From Geosiphon pyriformis uo1 (lineage: Eukaryota > Fungi > Glomeromycota): a DNA stretch of 64,000 nucleotides. Positions 14,093 through 25,518 of this stretch are shown here, one piece after another. Every line of letters starts with the position of its first letter. The first letter of the stretch is position 1. The position numbers and the translations under genes are program-made. The DNA lies in the NCBI GenBank assembly GCA_016748015.1, contig JAAOMT010000129.1, positions 1 to 64,000 of the forward strand, in the 5' to 3' direction. Under the pieces are notes generated by a model that saw only the letters and a program-made list of their open reading frames with translations, ran no database searches and was not told the origin of the DNA.

Positions 14093-17000
14093 GTGGCAGA
14101 ATCAGAAATTATAAGAGCAAACCATTTAAGATTCGCAAAATTCTTATTTTAACACTATTGTTAATACTTGGGATTAAACCACAATCATATATCCGCCGAA
14201 TCAGCCTTCAATTTCTACATCAATAAAAAGATTTCCTCTTTATTAGGAACACTAGTGAATACTGAATCAGCAAGAGAAACTTTCTATAAGAAATTAATTC
14301 AAAACACCAACTTACCAACAAACCATAATTTTGCATCCATCATCACTGAGATCAACAAAAAAATTGAACACCACACTCAACAAAGATATCCAATTACATA
14401 CATTAGTAAAGGCAAGGGAAAATTACAAACACCAGCAGTAACACCCGGAAAAATACAGCCACCTGCTTGGAAGAAAAACAGAGTTGAATCTCCAAGCAAC
14501 TCATCCTACTACTATACCTCTGGAAGCGCCATTAACATATCATCAACAGACACATTCCCATTAACTGCGACATTAGCATTTGAACGATTCCCATTCCAAA
14601 GTAGACAAAGAAAAACAGAATTGTTAAGACCATACAGTGAATACTTTGAGGGATTTAATTTGCGATCATCAACCCTATCAGGACTTCGATTACCACTGCT
14701 TCCACCAGATTTCAGAATCTCTGATCTGTGGGAAGCAGCGGAATCAAAAAAAGAGGAAGAAGAATCAGAGGATCAAAAATTTACTTACCAGCACCTGATC
14801 ACTGAAAACCCGGAAGTTGAAACCCCAAACCTTCAAACTCAGCAACAGTTAGAAAATCCAGAAATCAAAACTCTGAATATTCAAATGCTGCCAAATCAAA
14901 GAAATCAAAAACCCGAATTAATTAATCAGCAAAACTTACCTCCAGTAATCATCATCAATCAACTGCCAATTAATCTTATAGCCGAACTCATACAGCAGCC
15001 ACTTCAGCTACCACCCTAACAGCCAGGACAACAACAACTGCTTTAATAGCCACCACAACCACTTAACTTAGATCCAATGGCCTACACACCAATTGCAAAA
15101 CTTGACAACTTTATGGGTAAAGAGGATGATGCTCAAATATGGCTGAATGATGTAGAAAAGACCATCACAGCCAACGGATAGAATGACACTTGAGCAATGC
15201 AAGCCATTCCCTATTTTTTCAAAAGTACTGCCAATTTATAGTACCAGAGCTTGATTAATAAACTACAAGATTTTAATGCCTTCAAAGCAGAATTCCTAAG
15301 ATACTTCAGTAACAATAACAGCATCAATCACTTAGTCAATGCATTCACCACCATGAAACAAGGAGAAACTGAAGCAGTCACTACTTACCTGGAATGCTTT
15401 TATCGAAACCTATGCCAAATTTAAGCAATTGATGCCAACTATTTCACAGCATTACAGATACTCAATCAGTTTATCTGTGGCCTGCGCAGCAGCATCTTGT
15501 AACATGTATATCCATTGCATCCAGGCACCCTTCAAGATGCAGTCACACATGCCAGAGATTTTGAATCTGTTGAGTCAGAGGCTAACTATGCCCAAGCCAT
15601 TAATCTAGTAATGAACGGATTATCTGAATTGGATTCCAAATTGGAGAAGTTCAGTGAATCAATCAATAAGAGATTGGAAGGATACTTAGCTAACAATCAT
15701 GCCATTTATCAGCCTCCACAATGACGTAATAATTAAGAAAACTCTAATCATGCCCAAAATCAACCACATCCATCTCCATCAACCAATCAACAGTGGCAAC
15801 AGGAAACATGTATCTGCCACTATTGTGAAAAACAAGGACATATCCAAATTGACTGTCGTCAGCATTTAAATAACCAATAATTGGAAAATCAATATCAAAA
15901 CCCTGATCGCCAGTTCCAAACTCTGAATCAGTACCCAAATCAAAATCCACCCGCTTACCTACCAGTGACACAGTCATCAGTCTACTAGTCTTCAGTATAT
16001 CAACCTCTGATTTATCAGCTGCAACCACAAGTAATATATCAACTGCAGCCACAAATAATCTATCAACCCTAACAGATCTAAACACCGCCCCAAAGCTTAC
16101 CACCCAATAGAACTCAAAGACTGAGAATGACTCAACAGAGCTGGAGATCGGCAATAGTAGTCCATCAACCAATCTCCAGTTCTTCACAGCAACTATCTAG
16201 ATTACACCAGCGGAATTCAGGTACCGGTCAACCCCAGAACCCAAATTCTCAGAACTATTTAAGTCTCCTGGTCACTCCAGAAGACGCTTCAACCAGTAAC
16301 CCAGCATTTACCCAAAGACAACCACTCACCAGTAATATCCCATCCGCTACCATCACCGAAAACGAGTTATTGGCCGCTATCTTTCCATTCGAATTTGAGG
16401 AAACAACTACAACGCCATTATTTAGTGGAGCCACTCTTGAAGCCAAACCAATCATTACGATATACACTAATGCCAAAGTAGAAGGACAATTCATCAAATT
16501 AATCCTGGACAGTGGTTCTGCAGGCAGCATAATCATGAGACAACTCATGGATCAATTAGGTCACCGAGTTGATTGAACTGCCAGCACCAAAATCAACACA
16601 GCTAATGGAGCGACCAAAACTCCAATTGGCAAAATCAATGACTTTTCTTTTGAAGTCAATGGCATTATGACTTCCATTAAAGTTGTAGTGATAGAAGCCA
16701 CTCAATATCAAGCTCTCGTTAGTAATGACTGGCTATCCAAAGTCAATACAATGTTAGACTAGAACACCCAGGAACTCCAGCTAATGTATTAGGGCCAACA
16801 CATACACATCCCGGCCACATGTGGCCACTTCAAAACTCCTCCAAGAAAGAAACTATTGATCGAACTGGAGGAAGAGAAAGAAAAGCCTACCTGAGAAGCC
16901 TACCAAGTGTTGTGGGTGGACAAAGAGCACAATGAACTACCGCCAATACTCTCTTGGGATGACAGCAACAAGGGAAAAGGGAAACAGAAGAAAGAACTTA

Positions 17001-20000
17001 CTTGGGAAACTGATGACCTGACATGGACCGACAACGATGAGAGCAAACTGACATCAAGCTGGGAATGGGAAGAGGACAAAGAAAATAAAAGAAAAGGGAA
17101 AGAAGAAGAGACCACCCAAACCACCACCATTTATAACACTTACACTATACCACAACAATCTACCTATCATCAATCTAAGCTTATATGCATCAATTGTGGC
17201 AAGAAATTGTTGTTAATGGGCACATGCTGTAGAGACGATGAGGAATATTCAATGGCAACTAGGTTCTATTGCCGCCCATATGTCTTTGAACACTTTGGAA
17301 GACCAAAATGAGTAGGGAAATAGGACAATCAGCCATGCTTAGCTTGTGGAGAGACTCTCTTGGACAAAAAAATATGGCATGACATTCCTGGACGGGAAGG
17401 AACATGTGTAGAGTGTCAATACACAATTCTGATCAGTGACTGGGTTAAAAAGGGGACACCAATCGAAGCCACTTGGCAAAGAGCAGTGTGACAATTAGAC
17501 AGTTGTCCACATGACGATGACAAAATTTGGAGAATGGCAACTGCCAAAATTGAAGACATGTCACCAGAAGAAATCTGAACAATTAAAAACAACCCACCAG
17601 AATCCATTGAGCTTGACTGGAACACAGAGCCAGTTATAAATTTTCTAGAATTAGAAGAGTTCTATGAACACTACCAAAACTTGGCATTCACTAGAGAAGA
17701 GCAAGAACAACGGCTAGCACAGTTAAATACAAAACTGTGTCGTTATTGTTTAATTCCCAATGACTTTGAATATTGTGACGATTGTAACCTCATTTACAAT
17801 CTACTACCATGCATAATCTACTTGATCCCTGAAGAAAAAGAACCAATCAGCAGCTGTGCATCAGAATCAGAATCACTGATCAATCGCAATTCAGACTCCA
17901 ATGATGACAACAAAAACAACAGTTCTAGCTCCATTCAAAATGGCAATGATGACAAAAACAATTCAGATTCAGATTCAAAATCCGATTTGAACTATGAACA
18001 ATACATCGCACTATCAGATCTCTTCAAGAAACAAAAGTTAAAATGGTATAGTGACAATGGGGAAGGTATTATGCCAGAATATGCGCATAATATGGATGCA
18101 GGGTTTGATCTAAAATATCCAGAAAAAGATGCCATCAAATTAGAACCGCATTCATGCACCTGCATTGATCTGAAAATAGCACTAGAGATTCCGGCAACAA
18201 CAATGGTTCAATTAGCATTAAAGAGTAGCTTAGTGAAAAGAGAGATCAATATAAGAGGAGGAATAATTAACATGGGATATGTAGGAAATATCATCACTAT
18301 GCTACAAAATGACTCAGAAAAGGCCTATATAATAGAGCCCAATAAAAAGATAGCACAGGCAATATTCCTGCCTCTGATTAGAGTAGTTCAGTTAGTGTTA
18401 GTGAGAAAGAGAGAGAAATTAGGAATAACAGCGAGAGGAATACAAGGATTCGGATCAATGGGTAGAACAGACATACCAGTTAATATGGTGGAGGAAGAAA
18501 TTGTTGGCCAAGGAGAAATTATCTCAACTGGTCAAGCTATTTCTATTCCACCATATAGCCAGTACATGTTAACAAAAAAAGGAAGAAAAAGTAGCAAGAA
18601 CAGATTTTTGAAGCAGAAGCAACTCTTTGTGAATCAGGAGAGATTGGGTTGATTAATCTCCACATACCAGCCAAAAGCTATAGCAGCATAAAAATTCTCA
18701 TCTACAACAATACTGGCAATGTTATCAGCATACCAGAAGGAACCACCATTGGATATTTAACCACAGAAATAGAAGACCAACCACCAAATCCTATTCCAGA
18801 CTTTCCACAACTTTGTGGATATGTTGACATTACATCACAAACAATCTATGGACGAGACAAATGTTATTTGCTCCAACCAGAACAATTGGAACAAATAAAC
18901 ATGGGAAACTTAGATCCACTCCAATGTATACAGCTCAAAATGTTACTCAACAATTTCAATGACATCTTTGCCAGCGAAAATGAGTTTGGCCGAACTGACA
19001 TCATTCAGCATCAGATCAAGACTGGAGATGCAATGCTAATCAAACAAAGAGCATACAGAGTACTGCTAGCCAGCCATGAGATTATTCGTCAAGAAATAAA
19101 CAGAATGCTTGACAACAAGCTAATTCAACCATTAATGAGTCCATGGTTGTCACCAGTGGTACTTGTTCGAAAGAAAAATAGAAAAATCTGGTTTTGTGTA
19201 GACTACAGGAAACTCAATGGTATAACTCGTGGAGACAGTTATCCAACTCCACGAATACAGGAATTATTCGATGCTTTCAGTGAGAACAAATGGTTCTCCA
19301 CATTAGATTTAGACAGTGGTTACTGACAAGTAGCCATGAATTCAGCTAACAAAGAGAAGACGGCATTTACTACTAGAGAAGAGAATTTCGAATTTGAAGT
19401 GATGCCATTCAGCTTAACCAACGCCCCAGCAACTTTCCAATGGCTAATGGAAATTGTTTATACTGGCTTATTGTAAAAATCAGTAGTTGTATACTTGGAC
19501 AACACCAATGTATTCTCAAAGACGTTTGATGATCATCTTTATCATCTTCATCATCTTCTACAAGTGTTCAAAAGACTAAGAAGAGCAGGACTAAAGTTAA
19601 ATGCAACAAAGTGCTTTTTTGGCAAGACAAAACTCAAATTTTTGGAATACATAGTCAGCAAAGATGGCATCAAAATGGATCCAGAAAAATAGAGATAGTA
19701 AAGAACTTTCCAGTGCTGACCAATATAACAGAACTGAAATCATTCTTGGGATTTGCCAGTTACTATTGTTGTTTTATCAAAAACTTTTCCAAGATAGCGC
19801 AGTCACTCAATCAACTACAAAACAAAAATGCAAAATATGAATGGACAGAAAGTCAACAAGAAGCTTTTGATATTCTGAGAAAAAAGCTCATTCAAGCTCC
19901 AGTACTGATCTATCCAGATTACAGCAAACCATTCATCATCACCACCGATGCATCCAGCCAAGCATTGGGAGCAGTATTATCTCAGAGAGAACCAGATGAC

Positions 20001-20303
20001 AGAGAACATCTAATAGCATATGCCAGCAGAGATTTAATACCAGCTGAAAAGAACTATAGAACACCAGAACAAGAACACTTAGCAATATACTGGGCTGTCA
20101 TAAAATGGAAAGAATACTTGAGCCAGAAGTTTGAAGTATACACAGATCACAAGGGATTAACATCACTCCAAAAACAAAAATTTGGAGATGGAAGACAGTC
20201 AAAATGAAAAATGGCACTTACATCATATAATTATACTATACATTACAAAAAGGGAAAAGACAATGGAAATGCTGACGGTTTATTGCAAATAAGACAAATC
20301 TAA
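14093..20303 (+). pseudogene. pol: Gypsy-A gag-pol polyprotein (leader, capsid, CCHC, aspartic protease, Cys-rich insert, dUTPase, RT, RNase H)
   Basis: CHYCEKQGHIQIDC at 15815-15856, LILDSGSAGS near 16508, PWLSPVVLVRKK, FCVDYRKLN, LDLDSGY, YLDN (from YLDD), ITTDAS, YTDHK, NADGL. Many transition-derived stops. Confidence 0.93.
18071..18466 (+). pseudogene. dut: dUTPase domain within Gypsy-A pol
   Basis: All five trimeric dUTPase motifs: AGFDL, KSSL (from RSS), GGIINMGYVGNI, KIAQAI, RGIQGFGSMG. Confidence 0.92.
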
Positions 20304-20367
20304 AAACATTTCAACCCAAAAAATATAATAGAACCAGAACAATACTAACAAAAAAATACAACAAAAG

Positions 20368-21750
20368 ATGAACATACAAAAATATCAACAATTGCAACAT
20401 TATCTAAACACTCAACAGTTCAAGGAGAATTTATTTCATACGGAACAAAAGAGTATCAAACAACAATCAAAATATTTTATCACTCACCAAAATATACTTT
20501 ATCAGAAAAATAGAAAGGATCCAGATCAACCAACCAGAGTAATTACGGAGCCAAAAAAAGAGACAATATTATTCAACATACACTCAAATCCAACAGCAAG
20601 ACATTTTCACAAAGAAGCAACCATGGAAAAAACTAGAAAAAGATACTATTGGCCATCAATGTACCCAAACATCATTCAATATGTTCAAAATTGTAATGCT
20701 TGTCAGCAAAGAGGAAGAACAAGACCCAGTGAACCATTAAGACCAATCAAAATAAGACAACCATTTGACCATATGGGAATTGATTTAGTCAGACCATTAA
20801 CAATCACCAGCAAAAAAAACAGATACATAGTAGTAGCTATGGACTATCTCACTAAATGGCCAGAGACAAAAGCAATTCAAAAAGCAGATGCAAAATTCGT
20901 TGCCAAATTCGTTCATCAGAATTTAATTTGTCAACATGAATGTTCAAAAAAATTATTATCAGACTAAGGAATTCATTTTGTGAACAGAACATTAACAGAA
21001 TTGAGCCAAAGATTCGGAATCAAGAGACTATTATCATTACCATACCATCCACAAACCAACGGATTAGTAGAAAGATTCAACAGAACATTGTATGAAGCAA
21101 TAGCCAAGCTCAGTTAAGAAAACCAGAACGATTGGGATTTGTTCATACCATCAGTACTATTTGCTTATTGGACAACAAAACAGGATACTACACAAGCAAC
21201 ACCATTTGAATTAGTATATGGGAGAATAGCAACATTACTAGTAGAAAGAAAAATTAATACATATCCAGCTAAACCAATAACAGAGGAAAATTTTCAAGAA
21301 ACATTGCTGAAAAGAACATATGACTTAATGGAAACATTGGAAAACAAACGAAGAAGAACAGCTGATAATATCCAAAAGTTACAAGAAACACAGAAAAAAA
21401 GACACAATAGTCAACTACCAGACAAACCAGTTGAATTCAAGATCAGAGACAAAGTATTACTACATCATACCAAAGCAGAAAAACAATGGAGTAGAAAATT
21501 TGACCCCAAATGGAATGGACCATTTCACATAGAAGAAATTCTAAGAAATGGAGCTTACAAATTAAGATTGAATAACAAAATTTTAACCAAAGCAGCACAT
21601 GGAGATCGACTGAAACCATATCACAACATTACACTAACATCTACCAGTAATATTCCACAATTAGAAGTACAGAAAATACTAGTCCAACCAGATGAGATTC
21701 CATGAGATCTGGAACCAATCATTATTATCAACAACAACATGTTAAATTGA
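20368..21750 (+). pseudogene. Gypsy-A integrase ORF (HHCC, DDE core, GPF motif)
   Basis: HSNPTARH...CNAC, GIDLV, SD-G-HF, PQTNGLVERFNRT, KWNGPFHI. Has its own ATG after the RNase H stop. Confidence 0.92.
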
Positions 21751-21804
21751 TCCATCAAAAGAATATATAAAGACATGGTAGACGTGACAGGAAATATCAG
21801 AAAA

Positions 21805-22434
21805 ATGGAAATTACAGACAACATTCACTCACTAGCGCAACAACTCTTTCAATTAATCCAACATCAGGAAATGGAGATTACAATCAATTAACAAACCATT
21901 CAATATCAAGATACTAAAAAGACATTTCAACTCAGAACACAAAAGAAAACTGAAAATACTGTGGACAAAATCATGGCGAAAGTAAAATTAGCAATAAAAA
22001 AATCGACAAAAGAGTCACTATATCAAGAGTTAACTAAAGAAACTTGGAATTGGTGAATACAACAATTTCCACAAAACTATTGTTATTTTTACTTGGAACA
22101 ACACGTAAATATCCAGAATCTATATACAGATAAAACAAAGCGATTATTTGACAAAAGAATACTACAACAATTAGAACATTTTGTGGGAAAAAACAACTTA
22201 TCCACACAAGCCCAAGCCATATACCGAATACACACAGCATTTCAAGATAAACCAGAAATATTGCTCAATAGAGCAATGGATAGGGTTACCAGTAATCAAT
22301 TGGGAAAAATCACCAATGTTTAATTTGAAAAATTACAGACCCAAATAACACAAGTAATTCTCGAAAATGAAATCCAGAAAATACTTCAAGAGAGGGAATT
22401 ACATGAGTTAAATTTCGACGGAGCTCAATATTAA
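21805..22434 (+). pseudogene. Gypsy-A extra 3' ORF (ORF3, 209 aa, unknown function)
   Basis: MEITDNIHSLAQQ...FDGAQY*. Same 630-nt span in all three copies. The stop overlaps the PPT. Confidence 0.75.
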
Positions 22435-22447
22435 AAGGAGGGAATAA
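22433..22447 (+). other. Polypurine tract of Gypsy-A
   Basis: AAAAGGAGGGAATAA immediately before the 3' LTR. Confidence 0.85.
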
Positions 22448-23285
22448 TATTACTCATAGAAATATAGGAAATATATTAGCATAATTATTAGCCAATCAGA
22501 AGTAAGCGTAGTAAATGTGAAATTCCAGGATTCCTTTCAGGAATTGCAGGATTCCAAGAATTTCAGGATTCCCAACGAAAAATTGCAGGATTCCAGAATT
22601 CCAGGATTCCTCTTAAAGGAATCACAGGATTCCAGGAATTTCAGGATTCTTGTCGTAAAGAATCGAGGAATTGAGGAATTCCAATTATGTATATATAACA
22701 GTAGTGTTAGAAACAGAAAAGACAGAATCGATACCACAGAATCCTTAGCCAAGAAACCAATCATCAAATAAATAATTATTCCATATCTCAATCCACTATT
22801 CACTATCAACACTTCATGTTAATAGTAATTGCTATTTAACCACACTGAAACAATAGTTCTTGATCATGGCTATTGACAAGATACTAACAGACCAAATTGC
22901 CTTGGCTTATTTTCTTCATTGTATACTAATTGATTAAAAAGATTAAGCACTGAGTTATTAACGTCAAAAATAGCCTGGTAAAAGACCCAGAAATAAGGGT
23001 AGGATTTTATATATATTATTGGATAGCTTACCAGAAGGGCACAACTGCCAGACTAAATCCGGCCACCACGCTGAGAAAGAAATTGGGAAAACCACTTGAG
23101 GATACAACCACTATCAACCTTATTGAATCTCTGTCCATTATACAAAAAACTTCACAACAAAATCTTCAGATCAACCAAAACCTTCAGATATCATACCTTC
23201 TGTACATCATCCACGAAAGAAGCTTTTGAGCACCAAGTTACAGGTTTGTTATTCAATTTCACAACAGAAATAATCACCTGTAACA
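22448..23285 (+). repeat. Gypsy-A 3' LTR
   Basis: Starts TATTACTCAT (TG mutated to TA), ends TGTAACA. Confidence 0.95.
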
Positions 23286-23878
23286 ATGTAATTAATAGTT
23301 TTCATAACACTCCTAGAATTTGCCCAAGTGGGTATCTTAATGGCCAAACTTCCAATCAAAGAGTTAACCAACCCCAACTCAAGACACTTTTTGAAACTCC
23401 CACACTTTCGAGAACTATTTTCATTAAAATCATCACCAAGGATGACAAAAGAAGACTCATTAACAGCTTTAGCAATGAGAGAGTTGATTTTACCAGCCTG
23501 AGAAAATCAAACCACTGATAAAACACCAGTGTAGAGCCCCAAAATAGACACTGAAAGTTTATTTTTGAAAAGCAACTTGATGAACAGGAGCTAACCAAAC
23601 ACCTCAAAGACCTTGCAAATGTGTTTTGCTAAAGAAGAATTCACGACAATTAACACACTAGCACCCATAGAACCAGAATCCAGACCAGAAGTAAAAACCC
23701 AAACACCATCAAATTTGTCAGTCAACCATGGATGAACTTTCCCTTTAAGCTTTGACTCTGTAAAAATAGAAACCAAATTGTTCATATCCTTGTGCCAACA
23801 AATGACATCATCTTGCTTCACAAGATTGTTCAACCCATGAACATTACACATGGCAATTTTCCATACCAGACTACTCAT
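23286..23878 (-). pseudogene. LINE-b ORF2, 5' part (APE endonuclease N-terminus)
   Basis: MSSLVWKIAMCNVHGLNN, FTESKL, GDDFNE, KTI[D/N]Y. Confidence 0.88.
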
Positions 23879-23934
23879 TGAGAAAAAAGTAGAGAAAGAG
23901 CACCACCTGCCAAAGCCAAACCATCCAAGTGCAC

Positions 23935-24629
23935 TGTTACTCATAGAATATAGAAAATATAGTATTATTAGTTAGTAGATATTAGCCAATCAGAGGTAGA
24001 CGTAGTAAATGTGGAATTCCAGAATTCCTCTTAGAGAAATTGCAGGATTCCAAGAATTTCAGGATTCTCTGACAAGAAATTGCAGGATTCCAGAATTCCA
24101 GGATTCCTCTCATCAGGAATCACAGAATTCCAGAAATCTTAGGATTCCTGTTGCAAAGAATTAAGGAATTGAAGAATCTCAATTATGTATATATAGCAGT
24201 AGGATTAGAAGCTGAAAAAACAGACCTCTCAGTTTAGATTTAATTTAAGCAACATTTCAGTTCCCAATTATTAAATAAATAATTATTCCATATCTTAACC
24301 CACTCTCCACTATTAACACTTCATGTTAATAGTAATTGATACTTAACCATGCTAGAACAATAGCTCTTGATTACAGCTATTGATGAGATACTAACATACC
24401 AAATTGTCTTGGCTTATTTTCTCTATTTTCTTTATTTTTATTTTCTTTATTTTATTTTCTTTCTTTTTTGATTTTGTTATTGTATACTAATTGATTAAAA
24501 GATTAAGCACTGAGTTATTGATGTCAAGGATAGCCTGGTAAAAGACCCAGAAATAAGGGTAGGATTTTATATATTATTGGATAGCTTACTAGAAGGGTAT
24601 GACTACCAGACTAAATCCAGCCACTATGC
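23935..24629 (+). repeat. Gypsy-C 5' LTR, first part
   Basis: TGTTACTCAT start. Breaks at ...ccactATGC where Gypsy-B begins. Confidence 0.92.
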
Positions 24630-25505
24630 TGTTACAGATGGTTGCTTTTGCTGTTGAATTGTATAACAAACCTGTAACTTGGTGCTTAAAAGCTACTTCC
24701 ACTGATGCAGCTCTGTAAGTATTGTATCTGAAGGTTTTGATGGAGTCTAAAGGTTTTTTGGTTGAGTCCTTTGTATAATAAACAGAGATTCAATAGTGTT
24801 GATATCTTTCAAAAGTTTTCCCAATTTCTTTTTCAGTGTGGTGGCCAGATTTAGTCTGGCAGTCATGCCCTTCTGGTAAGCTATTCAATAATATATAAAA
24901 TCCTACCCTTATTTCTGGGTCTTTTACCAGGCTATCCTTGACATCAATAACTCAGCGCTTTAATTTTTAATTAATTAGTATACAACAACAATTCAAAATA
25001 AAATAAAGAAAAAGAAATAAAAGAAAATAAAGAAAGAAAAGAAATAAGCCAAGGCGATTTGCAGATTAGTATCCCATCAATAGCCATGATCAAGAGCTAT
25101 TGTTCCAGCGTGGTTAAGTATCAATTACTATCAACATGAAGTGTTAATAGTGGAGAGTGGGTTGAGATATGAAATAATTATTTATTTGATGATTGTGTTT
25201 CTAAGCTAAGGATTCTGTGGTATCGATTTTGTCTTTTCTGTTTCTGATACTACTGCTATATATACATAATTGAGATTTCTCAATTTCTCGATTCTCCACA
25301 ACAGGAATCCTGGAATTCCTGGAATCTTGCGATTTCTTTGAGAGGAATCCTGCAATTCTGGAATCCTGCAATTCCTCGTTGAGAATCCTGAAATTCTTGG
25401 AATCCTGCAATTTCTGTGAAGAATCCTGGAATTTCACATTTACTATACTTACTTCTGATTGGCTAATAATTATGCTAATATTTTCCTATATTTCTATGAG
25501 TAACA
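24630..25505 (-). repeat. Gypsy-B 3' LTR
   Basis: Terminal TGTTAC/GTAACA. Adjacent PPT (ttattccctcctttt on the plus strand). Confidence 0.95.
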
Positions 25506-25518
25506 TTATTCCCTCCTT

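Larger units (their letters stand above)
13186..23285 (+). mobile_element. Gypsy-A: full-length Ty3/Gypsy LTR retrotransposon with dUTPase
   Basis: Paired LTRs, PBS, PPT, domain order gag-PR-dUTPase-RT-RH-IN. Flanks ACAT (13182-85) and ATGT (23286-89). Confidence 0.96.

Noticed and set aside
15744-16187. Antisense ORFs recurring in the Gypsy copies (also 31754-32209, 31402-31695) and small ORFs inside LTRs
   Set aside because: These are shadows of biased coding sequence or repeats. They recur only because the DNA is repeated and contain no motifs.
18071-18466. Host dUTPase gene
   Set aside because: It lies within the pol polyprotein region at the same position in three elements.
21805-22434. 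Calling ORF3 an envelope gene or chromodomain
   Set aside because: No signal peptide, transmembrane segment or chromodomain pattern is visible.
22517-22685. Short palindromic repeats resembling a CRISPR array
   Set aside because: No unique spacers of regular length and no cas genes. The block recurs at the same position within the LTRs.
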